DNA from: Octopus vulgaris | Taxonomy: Eukaryota | Length of the DNA stretch: 64,000 nucleotides | Reading direction: 5' to 3' | Assembly (NCBI GenBank): GCA_951406725.2 | Contig: OX597822.1 | Coordinates: 99,882,001 to 99,946,000 of the forward strand | Part shown: positions 53,175 to 64,000 of the stretch, piece by piece | Layout of the letters: every line of letters begins with the position of its first letter | Position numbering within the stretch: position 1 is the stretch's first letter | Program-made: the position numbers and the translations under genes | The notes under the pieces: model-generated | Seen by the model: the letters and a program-made list of their open reading frames with translations, nothing else | Database searches by the model: none | Told to the model about the DNA's origin: nothing

Positions 53175-54504
53175 TGTGTGTGTTTGTATATATGTATGTA
53201 CGTATGTATGTACACAGATAGATATATACATATGCACATATATATGTGTGTGTATATATATATATATATATGTGTGTATGCTTGCATGTGTATGTGTGTA
53301 TGCACACACACACATATATATATATGTGTGTGTGTGTGCATATATGCATGTGAAAATATGTGTACGCACACACACACACACACACACACACAACATACAC
53401 ACATGCACACACACACATAGTGATATGTACTTGAAACTTATCTTGCAGAGTGCTTTACATTACTCAACAGCAGTTGCAGACTATTCTGGAACTAAAGTGT
53501 AAACCCAAGGCAAATGAAATAATCTAATTCAATGCACCGATCAATCAAAAATACAGAGCTCATTAAATATTTAATTGCTTATCTCTGCTTCCCCATCGAT
53601 TAACAGAAACCCATAAGTGCTGATATTTTCGCTGTCTAAAAGCACTGTTAAAGAACTTTTGTACTACTAGTATAGAATGGTATCATACCATATATAGACT
53701 AAGATTCACAGCTAACAGACATCAGGATGCTAATGCAGTAGTAGCTAGGTATTTGAATGATCTCCCTTGCAAAAAAGATTATAGAGTAACCTCCCTTCCT
53801 AAGTTTCTCGAAGCGTCTGTGTCATGGGACCCGAGTCTTAATTATTCAAGAAGCTTAGCATTTCTCTTGGAAGTTTCTAGAATGTCTGGCGTTCCATTAA
53901 TAAAAACAGCTTGCTAACCCTGTTCTTCGCTTCTAAGTTCATTAGGCTTAGAGCCATTCATGTCATTGCTATGTCTGTCAATTTCTCTATGCCACATGAC
54001 TGAAAACCACCACTTAACTGTTATTTCTACATTTCCTATCTCTGAACTTTCTTGCATTCAACTAGATTCTACATATTGATTCTATTTATCATCATCGACC
54101 AGTAAATAAAATATATCTTTATGTGGTAAATATATAGATCTTGAATTTATTCATCTCTATATGAACTCTTGTAATAAAATATACACAGCCACATCAATAC
54201 CTGGTACTGACTATATATAACCATTACAGTAATATTCTGACTGATGAGGGAACTATTCCTAGTCAGACACTTGTGTATGGTGTGAAGTTTCCCTATTAAA
54301 GAACAGCTTAGATCAAATGCCAATGGCCAGTGGGTTAGTGTTTTGAGCTCATGATTGTATGGTTATGGTTTCAATTCCATGACTGGGTGAAGTATTGTGC
54401 CCTTCCTTCAGCTAGTCACTACATTTCATGTTGCTCTAGTCTACTCAGCTCGAAAATGATGCCAGTAGAAGCAGCAGTGACAAGAGGTTAATTTTGTATG
54501 GATC

Positions 54505-54868
54505 CGGCTGTGTGGCTTACAAATCACATGGTTCTGGGTTCAGTCCCACAGCACAGCACCTTCTACTATAGCCTCGGGCCGACCAAAGCCTTGTGAGTGG
54601 ATTTGGTAGACAGAAACTGAAAGAAGCCCGTTGTATATATGTATATATATGTATGTGTTTGTGTGTCTGTGTTTGTCCTCCCCCCCCCAACATCGCTTGA
54701 CAACCGATGCTGGTGTGTTTACGTCCCTGTAACTTAGCGGTTCGGCAAAAGAGACCGATAGAATAAGTACTAGGCTTACAAAAAACAAGTCCTGGGGTCG
54801 ATTTGCTCGACTAAAGGCAGTGCTCCAGCATGGCCACAGTCACATGACTGAAACAAGTAAAAGAGTAC
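54505..54868 (+). mobile_element. SINE family A
   Basis: Matches family A with small deletions. Confidence 0.8.
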
Positions 54869-55248
54869 TCTCAGTTGGTCAATGTGTCAGTAATTCAGAG
54901 AAGCCCTGGCCTCACGAACCAGCAGATTTGAAACCGACTTGGGCCTCTTAACCCTTAAACAGCAAAATGAAATTTCATGGTAATTCCAGTAATGATGCTA
55001 AACATCTACCAAAAAGTAGAATTAGTGTTTTCTGCAAGTCATGTTATCTCAATAAACTTGACATATCTAATCAGAAAATAGTTTCAAACATGACATCCCT
55101 CATCACAAGATAAATTGGTATATAAAACTGCTTTCAGCAGTTAAGGGGAATTAAATTTTGAATAGATATATCTGCTTTCCACAGTAAAAGGGTTAACATA
55201 AGCTTCAACCATTTCACTGTAAATATAAAATGCAATGTAAACAAGCTT

Positions 55249-55659
55249 CGGATCTTTTCGGTTTAAACGGCAGTTTTTTAAAATAATTTCCACGTAACTA
55301 AACACTTTTAAACTTCGTATACTGGTAGAATGTGTTTATAAAACATCTTTTTCTTTTGGCTTTATTGAGAAAATTCTATAGTTTGTAAGATATTTGTTGT
55401 TTTTTTTCTTCAATTTCTGCAATTTCAACCAATCACCGACGTCTATTGAGGTGAAAGCATTCTGTGCCATATGAATATGTCCCTTGTTTAAGAAACAGAT
55501 TGGGTTTATTTACATTTCTGAAGAAAAAAAGATACCCTTCCCCCCACTCCTAACCCTAAACCTAACCCTAAAACAGATTGAAATTAAATAGATCGATACT
55601 AGGGTCATAATTATGGGTGACACCGCTAGAAAAACTGCCGTTCAAACTGAAAAGATCTG
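55249..55659. mobile_element. MITE with ~30-bp TIRs and internal telomere-like CCTAAC repeats
   Basis: GGATCTTTTCGGTTTAAACGGCAGTTTTT / AAAAACTGCCGTTCAAACTGAAAAGATC; CCTAACCCTAAACCTAACCCTAAA at ~55549-55572. Confidence 0.75.
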
Positions 55660-56167
55660 ATACATCTGCTTTCCACACTAAAGGGGTTAACATAAGCTTC
55701 AACCATTAGCTTCAACCATTTCACTGTAATTATAAAATGCAATGTAAACAAGCCTCTAAACTCTAAAATGTTGTAAAAGCTGGTAGTTAACTTAAGGGTT
55801 AGTACATAACTTTAACTTTAAGATATTAAGTAAATAACTGACAAATCTCCCACGGGATAAGAAGCTAGTCTACAAAAGTTAACTTTTCTTGACAATGGAA
55901 ATGAAGTATACAGAATTAAACACATGTAATGGGAGTGACTTTAAGACTAGCAGGCAGGGTTAACAGCTGCAGGCATGAATAATAGGCATGGGTTTGTGAT
56001 TAAGAAATTTACTTCCAAGACATGTGGCTTTTAGGTTTGATCCCATTGAGTGGCATTGCAAGTAAATGAATTCTATTATGGCCCCAGGCCAACCAAAGCC
56101 TTGCGAGTAGGTTTGGTAAACGAGAACTGAAAGAAGACCATAACATATTTTTGAGTAAATATATGTA

Positions 56168-56205
<38 letters not shown>

Positions 56206-56213
<8 letters not shown>

Positions 56214-56744
56214 ATCTCTGAGCGAGATATAAACAGTAACTGCTCTTTAACATAAGGGGGGATCAGCCATCTGAATGTGGCTAGGGACAGGGCGGGGTAG
56301 TGGGGGTGTTACTGATGCATTTAGCCCCAGGCGATCATCAACGTCACCAGAAGGGCTGACACCATCTCGGTGTCCTTGCCAGCCTGCAAAGGGAGATCAG
56401 CCTCCCCGAAGATACGGATACTACATACGGACCGGTTTCGAGGTATTTGCCTCTTATCAATGCATGGTAAGCACCGTTCTTCGTTGAGGGACTTCCTCTA
56501 CAGGCTGGATATATATATGGATTTTCACAGTAACCACAGTCACTGATGTAGAAAAACCGTTCCACAACAATAATAAATCTCTGAGCGAGATATAAACAGT
56601 AACTGCTCTTTAACATAAGGGGGGATCAGCCATCTGAATGTGACTAGGGACAGGGCGGGGTAGTGGGGGTGTTACTGATGCATTTAGCCCCAGGCGATCA
56701 TCAACGTCACCTAGCCACATTCAGATGGCTGATCCCCCCTTATG

Positions 56745-56747
<3 letters not shown>
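56206..56747 (-). mobile_element. PLE-type terminal repeat or retrozyme-like unit: partial tandem repeat plus a short inverted end
   Basis: 56206-56348 is repeated almost exactly at 56569-56711 (period 363 nt). 56711-56747 is an inverted copy of part of the repeat. Confidence 0.75.
56424..56466 (-). ncRNA. Minimal type I hammerhead motif, U3-A8 core variant
   Basis: CATGCA-TTGATAA-GAGG CAAATA CCTC-GAAA-CCGG-TC-CGTATG. Palindromic ACCGGT and a GUC triplet. Confidence 0.65.
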
Positions 56748-56778
<31 letters not shown>

Positions 56779-57092
56779 ATGAGATGACCCTAAGACTGAA
56801 AAAAAAGCATATTCTAAAAGAAATTTTGAGCAGTTATATTTTATGTAGTCATGTAGTATATGCTATAACCAAGAATATACTACTCAGCTACGTAAAATAA
56901 CACACACACACACACATATATATATATATGTTATTCAAAGGAATTCCAACTCTGTTTTTTATGTTTTATTTATATTCTTTATAATGTTAATGTAGAATAT
57001 AGAATATATAGTATAAATAGTATATATAGTAAAATGAAATGAAGTATTGATTGTCTTATTGAAGAGATGAAATATTGAATATCAAATATTAA

Positions 57093-57136
57093 GGGACTAG
57101 TATACTTTCTTGCATTTTAGCAGTCTTCAATGTCCC
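57093..57136 (-). ncRNA. Minimal hammerhead motif 3' of the PLE endonuclease
   Basis: GGGAC-A-TTGAAGA-CTGC TAAAAT GCAA-GAAA-GTATAC-TA-GTCCC. Confidence 0.55.
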
Positions 57137-57431
57137 AGATTGTGACAGGAGTGTTTCAACTGTGATTTTTTTTATTAACCATAAAGGTCTTACATAGAGG
57201 GGACACTACAACACATTGGGGACACAAAACATCAAAAAAAATTATCGTGACTGGCTGTCTCTTGTTCTTTATATACATTCCTGTGGACAGCAGTAGTAGT
57301 CGCTTGGCTATTTTTAGAAATGATGCCAAACCATTTTTCAATGTTTATTTTTAGAAATGATGACAGCAGTACTTTTTAAAGATTTTAGTTATAGGGATAA
57401 GATTTTTAAACCTCAAATAAGATTAATTTAA

Positions 57432-57826
57432 TCATTGTTTGTTAAGCTTGGGTTTGAATTTCTTAATAAAGTCCTTTTCTCTCAGTTTTCTCTCAATTTC
57501 ATTCAGGTTGTAAAGTTTATGAAATGGGAATATCATAAAAGTTTTCCGACCACATGTTGCCAGATGGTTACTCAGTGGTATTTGGCAGACTTCTGGGTTT
57601 TTAATTTGTTGTTGATGCACACGCGAGCGTTCTGATAGTGCATTACCTGTCTGGCCAACATAGAGTTCTTCACAATTTGGGCATTTGATTCAGTAGATTA
57701 AATTTCTGCTTTTTCAGTTAATGTTTGCATTAGTGAATATTTTCCCTGGTTTTGTATTCATATATGGGCCGGTATGAATTAATTGGCATGTACCGCCTCG
57801 GCTATCATTGCATTTAGATACTGTGA

Positions 57827-57830
<4 letters not shown>
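57432..57830 (-). mobile_element. Penelope-like element GIY-YIG endonuclease C-terminus
   Basis: KCNDSRGGTCQLI linker, IKCPNCEELYVGQTGNAL, and RVHQQQI..PLSNHL..ERKLREKDFIKKFKPKLN. Confidence 0.8.
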
Positions 57831-57872
<42 letters not shown>

Positions 57873-58519
57873 TAGTGTGATCTGCAAGCACACTATTAGG
57901 GACATACTCAAAATACAGTTTGAATGCTAAATTTTAAATTTCAAATCTAAACTTTAATTATAATTTTTATATATATATATATATACAGAGAGAGGGAGAG
58001 AGAAATCTTATCATCATCATCATCATTTAACATCTGTTGTCCATGTTGGCATGGGTTGTTCATATTGACAAGAGCCAGAAAGCCAGAGGGCTCTGCCAAG
58101 CTCTATTGTCTCCTTTGGATTGGCTTCTACGGTTGGATGCACTTCTTAATGCTAACCCCTTTACAGAGTGTACCAGGTGCTTTTTTTGTTCCATGACACC
58201 AGCACCAGTAGCAGTCACTTGCAAGATGAGACAAAATCTCCTCAATTGGAGTTATATATATATATGCCATGATTATCATCATTATTTAACAACCATGTTC
58301 TATATGGACTTAGGCTAAATGGTTTGAAAGGATTCAATGGGACTGCAGACTGCAACATCCAATGTTTGCTTTGGCATAATTTCTACAGCTGGATGCCCTT
58401 CTTAATGCCAACCATTTTATAACATGTACAGAGTGCTTCATGCATATATGTATGTGTGTTAGTGCCTGTATGCTTGTTTGCATCCACAATTACATGTGTG
58501 AAAGTTGCAATGAGTAGTG

Positions 58520-58765
58520 TCTTGTCTTATCTTGCAGCATTCACCTGGGGTGGGTTGACCTGGCTTCATTCATCCTCAATGCTGCATCTCTCACAAACGC
58601 CAACCAGACCTGGCGATTTGAGGCTAACGATCGCATGATCTCCAACCACTCCCTATTCCAGTGGCAAACGCCGTAGATATGGGGGCCTAGGTTGGGTTCC
58701 AGATCAGCCTTGACTATCATCAGCAGGTTTTTCGTTGTCCACCACATCACTTTCGCCAACCCTGA
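58520..58765 (-). mobile_element. RTE-like LINE 3' fragment (a third family)
   Basis: KADLEPNLGPHIYG..WNREWL..LASNRQVWLAFVRD, followed by a short repeat tail. Confidence 0.55.
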
Positions 58766-59324
58766 AGGGGAGCTGGGGCAATTGTTTTGTAAATGAATTC
58801 TCCTGGTTGACGACTGAGGGCTCATGGGCCCGGTTTCAATGGCGTATGTGTTCCCCAGCTGGATGGAGCTCCAGTCCATCGCAGCGTTACTCATTTTTGC
58901 CAGCTGAGTGGACTGGAGCAAGGTGAAATGAAGTGTTTTGCTCAAGAACACAACACATCGCCCAGTCCAAGAATCAAAGCCACACTCTTACGATCATGGT
59001 GCTGACACCCTAACCACTAAGCCACATGCCTCCACATATGTATATATATTTACATATAAACATATATATATTTGTTTATATATTCGCTTATTGAATGACA
59101 TAAAAAGCAAACTATTTGAAAAATATGAATTATCCACGTGTCAGTGTAATTGCTCTTTAAAATTCATTCTAGAATTATCTAGGAAAATATAATTCTTCAC
59201 CAGCTGTCTAAATCCACAACTCTTCAACTTGTAACTAGTTTCATAAGTGCCATTGCACAAAACTCTCAACCCTTGCGTCATTCTGTTGTTTCTTCGGAAT
59301 ATCAATGAAAATATACATACAACA

Positions 59325-59895
59325 TGGGCACAGGAGTGGCTGTGTGGTAAGTAGCTTGCTTACCAACCACATGGTTCCGGGTTCAATCCCACTGCATGGC
59401 ATCTTGGGCAAGTGTCTTCTGCTATAGCCCCGGGCTGACCAATGCCTTGTGAGTGGATTTGGTAGACGGAAACTGAAAGAAGCCTGTTGTATATATGTAT
59501 ATATATATATGTATGTGTGTGTATATGTTTGTGTGTCTGTGTTTGTCCCCCTAGCATTGCTTGACAACCGATGCTGGTATGTTTACGTCCCCGTCACTTA
59601 GCGGTTTGGCAAAAGAGACCGATAGAATAAGTACTGGGCTTACAAAAGAATAAGTCCCGGGGTCGATTTGCTCGACTAAAGGCGGTGCTCCAGCATGGCC
59701 GCAGTCATGTGACTGAAACAAGTAAAAGAGAGTACAGGTGTGGTTGTGTGGTAAGAAGCTTGCTTCCCAACTACATGGTTCTGGGTTCAGTCCCACTGCA
59801 TGGCACTTTGAGCAAGCATCTTCTACTACAGCCTCGGGCTGACCAAAGCCTTGTAAGTGGACTTGGTAGGCGGAAACTGAAAGAAGCCTGTTGTA
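59325..59895 (+). mobile_element. SINE family A, one full copy followed by a partial copy
   Basis: Matches family A. Confidence 0.85.
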
Positions 59896-59939
59896 TAGAT
59901 TGCTAGCCACTACACATTCTTTATTCCCTCTCCTGGTTC

Positions 59940-59975
59940 CTTTCTGTGGAAGAGCGTAGGCTCGAAACATTAAAG
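59940..59975 (+). ncRNA. Minimal hammerhead-like motif with A6U change, in a short repeat (~59905-60065)
   Basis: CTTT-CTGTGGA-A-GAGC GTAG GCTC-GAAA-CA-TT-AAAG. Confidence 0.45.
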
Positions 59976-60561
59976 ACTTTTTCACTTCCCAAGCGTTATA
60001 CTAATGCATCTGTTTGTTGTCTACACCACCTGTTTTCATCTTTTGTTTTTTTGTGAATTCTCCCCCTATATATATATATATGTACATACATACACACACG
60101 GAGGTCTGTATGTGTATATGTGTCTGTGTCTGTGCTTGTCCCTTTTCCATCACTTGACATGTTGGTATGTTTATGTCCCCTTAACTTAGTGGTTCAGCAA
60201 AAGACACCACTAGAATAAGCACCAGGCTTACGAAGAATAAGTCCTGGGGCTGACTGAAAAAGGTGGTGCTTCAGCATGGCCACAGTCAAATGACTGAAAA
60301 AAGAATAAAAGAATAAATATATATTTATCTCAATGCTCTATCCAGCCAACTGTGGAAAAAAATAATTCTTAATTAACATCACCTTCAATCTGTTCAGTAT
60401 AGTCTAATTGCTGCTGAGATGTAGATTTGGTATTACTAGTTAAGGTACCAGTGCCATAAGGTACTTGTAGGGAGAAGTTGATCGAAAAGAGAGAGATGAA
60501 ATCTAAGAAAAATGTGGTTCTTAATCACATTTTCTACAATAACCCATATGTAATACATATA

Positions 60562-60630
<69 letters not shown>

Positions 60631-60895
60631 AACGCATCCTTTTCCAAGTATATATATATATATACACACACACATACATACATACACGCATATCACACAC
60701 ATACACATATCATACATATAGATTGCATATATGTTATAGACAATATTACTTAGAGGAAAAGTTCAGAAAGCAACCATGCTGAAACATGGCCAACTTATTA
60801 TGTCTAACAGACAATCATTGTGAGAGTTGCTGTTTCCCTGCAGTGCTGCACATAAATTCTATTAGATGCAAATGGAAAGAAGATGGAAATCAACA

Positions 60896-61379
60896 AAATT
60901 ATTATTATTATTTTTATCATTATCGTTATTATTATTTTTATCATTATCATTTTTATCATTATCATTATTATTATTATTTTTATCATTATCATTATTATTA
61001 TTTTTATCATTATCATTATTATTATCATTATCATCATTATCATCGTCATTATTATTATCATTATCCTCCTCATTATTATTATTATCATCATCATCATCGT
61101 CATTATTATTATTATTATCATCGTCATTATTATAATTATTATCATCATCGTCATTATTATAATTATTATCATCATCGTCATTATTATTATTATCATCATC
61201 ATTATTATTATCATCATCATTATTATTATCATCATTATTATAATCATTATCATCATTATTACTATCATCATCATTATTATCCTTATCATCATCATCATTA
61301 TTATTATTATCCTTATCATCATCATCATTATTATTATCCTTATCATCATCATCATTATTATTATTATTATTATTATTAT
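60896..61379. repeat. Long compound (TAT/CAT)n trinucleotide array
   Basis: Directly visible; it is the source of the poly-Y/H, poly-I and poly-N/D ORFs. Confidence 0.95.
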
Positions 61380-61389
61380 GGTAGTGGTG

Positions 61390-61590
61390 GTGAGCTGGTA
61401 GAATCATTAGCAAGCTGAGCAAAGCGACATTACACCTGTTGCTATGTTCTGAGTTCAAATTCTGCCGAGGTCAACTTTACCTTTCACCCTTTCAGAGTCG
61501 ATAAAATAAGTACCAGTTGAACACTGGGGTCGATGTAATCGACTTATCCCTGCCCCCAAAATTACTACCCTTGAGACAAGATTTGAAACC
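61390..61590 (+). mobile_element. SINE family B (another copy at ~62510-62720)
   Basis: Family B head and core. Confidence 0.75.
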
Positions 61591-62784
61591 AGTATTATTA
61601 TGTGCTATACCAAGACACACTTAGACTCATATCTGTCAGCAGCCCTAGGACTTCTAAGAATGGAAGTGAACCCAGTTTCCTTGGCATAGAAATAACTGAG
61701 ATGACAAACATTCTCCCTGTTGAGGGATGAATGTTGGAATCCTACTGCAGAGCTAACTCCCCTTCTATTGCTGGATTGTTTCATTTACAGCTGAATGGAC
61801 TGAAGCAATGTGAAATGAAGTGTCCTGCTCAAGAACACAGTGCACTGCTTGATCTGTGAATTGAAACCAAGATCTTATAATTATGAGTGCATCACGCTAA
61901 CCACTAGTCCTAGATGCATGTAAAAAAAAACTAAAAACAAAAACACACACAAATCAGTTCTATAATTTCTTTCAGAGCCAGTGAACCACTTAACTGATAT
62001 TACATATTCTTAATTGAAAATAAATGCTTACTGTTTGTTGGTAATGAACCGAAGAACTTCTTCTTTGTATCTTGTCAATCAGTGTTTTTTTATTTTTACA
62101 ATTAAGAATTTCGTTATTGTATGGTCAAAGTGAGAACGTAAATAAGAGAGAAAACAACAAAAATAAAAAATAAAAAACAGAGTGAGAAAAGAGGAAAATA
62201 ATTAATTTTATTACTTTATCTCATTTATTTCATTATTAAGAGTCACTGCCTACACATTCTTTGGATCTTATTTTTAATGTTATAAGTTATTTCCAGCTCA
62301 TTTCAACAATTAAGAAATCATCTCTTTCTCTCTTTGTCACACACATAGATAAATGTACACATGCATATTGTTTGCGATAATTATTTCTATTTGAGTAAAA
62401 ACTAAAGACAATTAACATCAGAGATGATGATGTCAAACACATATTCAAAATTATTAATAACAACAATGATGATGATGATGATGATGATTATCATAATTAT
62501 TATTATTAGTGGGGTGAGTAGGCTGAATCGTTAGCACACCAGGCAAAATGCTTAGTGGTATTTCGTTTGTCTTCACGTTCTGTGTTCAAATTCCGCTGAG
62601 GTCAGCCTTGCTTTTCCTCCTCTCAGGAGTCAATAAAATAAGTACCAGTTGATCACTAGGGTTAATGTAATTAACTAACCCCCTACTCCAAACTTGCTGG
62701 CCCTTGTACAAAAATTTGAAATCGTCATTATACCACTGCCACCGCTACTACCACCACCACCACCACCATCATTGTTATTATCAC

Positions 62785-64000
62785 TATGGGGATAGATAAG
62801 TTAGCCTAGATGAGATGCAGTTTGGTTCTGTGCCAGGCAGAAGCACCACTAATGCTATATTTCTGGTAAAGCAATTGCAGGAGAAATATCTAGCCAAAGA
62901 CAAACCTTTGTACTTGGCTTTTGTTGACTTGGAGAAAGCCTTTGACAGGGTCCCCTGATCCCTTATCTGGTAGTCAATGAGGAAACTAGGGATAGACAAG
63001 TGGCTGGTAAGAACTGTACAAGCTCTGTAGAGGGAGGCTGTCAGTAAGGTGAGGGTTGGCAACGAGTATAGTGAAGAATTCCGAGTAGAAGTAGGGGTTT
63101 ACTAAGGATCAGTCCTCAGCCCCCTCTTAATCATTACAGTCCTCCAGGCAATAACAGAGGAATCCAAGACAGGCTGCTCCTGGTAGCTCCTCCATGCTGA
63201 TGACCTTACTCTAATAGCCGAATCATTGCAAGAACTGGAGACAAAGTTTAGGGTGTGGAAGCAAGGTCTAGAATCGAAGGGCCTTAGGGTTAACTTAGCT
63301 AAAACCAAAAATTTAGTAAGTAGGAAGGCTGTCAAATCACAACCCCCTTCAGGTAGATGGCCCTGCTTGATCTGTAGAAAAGTCATGGGTAGAAACTCCA
63401 TACAATGTACCCAGTGTAAGCTGTGGACACATAAAAGCTGCAGCAATATCAAACACTGAAGATGTAGAGTAAACAGATTCTATGCCACGGGAAGAAACTA
63501 GAAGTAGTTAATAGCTTCTGTAACCTAGGCGACCAAGTCTGTAGTGGGGGTGGTTGCTCTGAGCGTATAGTGACTAGAGTAAGAATAGCCTGGGCATAGG
63601 TCAGGAAGCTCTTACCTCTCCTGGCAACTAAGGGCTTCTCGCTCAGGATGAAAGGTAGGCTGTATGATGCAAACTGCCATGCTACACAGCAGTGAAACAT
63701 GGGCCATGAATGGTGAGGACATGCGTAAGCTTGAAAGAAATGAAGCAAGTATGATCCACTGGATGTGTAATGTCAGTGTGTATACATGACAGAATATAAA
63801 CGCCCTGAGAGAATGGGCATAAGAAGCATCAAATGTGGTGTGCAAGAGAGACGACTGCACTGGTATGGCCATGTGTTATGTGAGGAAGTGCCATTCTCTA
63901 ACTGTAGAAGGAACCTGTGGAAGAGGTAGATCCAGGAAGACATAGGATGAAGTGATGAAGCATGACCTTTGAACATTGGGCCTCACAGAGGCAATGACAG
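62785..64000 (+). mobile_element. Decayed RTE LINE reverse transcriptase (family of 50957-51673)
   Basis: QFGSVPGRSTTNAIF, LYLAFVDLEKAFDRVP, xGSVLSPLL, LLHADDL, GLRVNLAKTK and RLHWYGHV, with multiple stops. Confidence 0.9.

Noticed and set aside
55549-55572. Interstitial telomere
   Set aside because: Only about 4 imperfect units, lying inside a TIR element.
60786-61458. Long ORFs of 170-210 aa (poly-Y/H, poly-I, poly-N/D)
   Set aside because: They are translations of a TAT/CAT microsatellite and are open in several frames at once.

Overview
AT-rich, microsatellite-dense eukaryotic DNA, most likely intronic or intergenic sequence from a coleoid cephalopod (Octopus-like). The organism call is an inference from recalled SINE/LINE families, not a search. 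No intact protein-coding gene is visible, and almost all ORF-track entries are microsatellite or transposon artefacts. The window is a mosaic of decayed mobile elements: a Gypsy LTR remnant, mariner and maT (DD37D) transposons, TTAA-flanked piggyBac-type MITEs, a Helitron, RTE and R4/Dong LINE pieces, Penelope-like element (PLE) RT and GIY-YIG remnants, and several tRNA-derived SINE families. It also holds a frameshifted UDP-glucuronosyltransferase N-terminal fragment and one plausible orphan exon on the minus strand. The most notable signal is about a dozen minimal type I hammerhead-ribozyme motifs from several unrelated repeat families. Some carry compensatory core variants at the 3-8 tertiary pair (G3-C8 in three copies, U3-A8 in one). 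One family is a tRNA-headed, hammerhead-tailed SINE/retrozyme-like element present twice. All motifs were read by eye; activity and novelty are untested.
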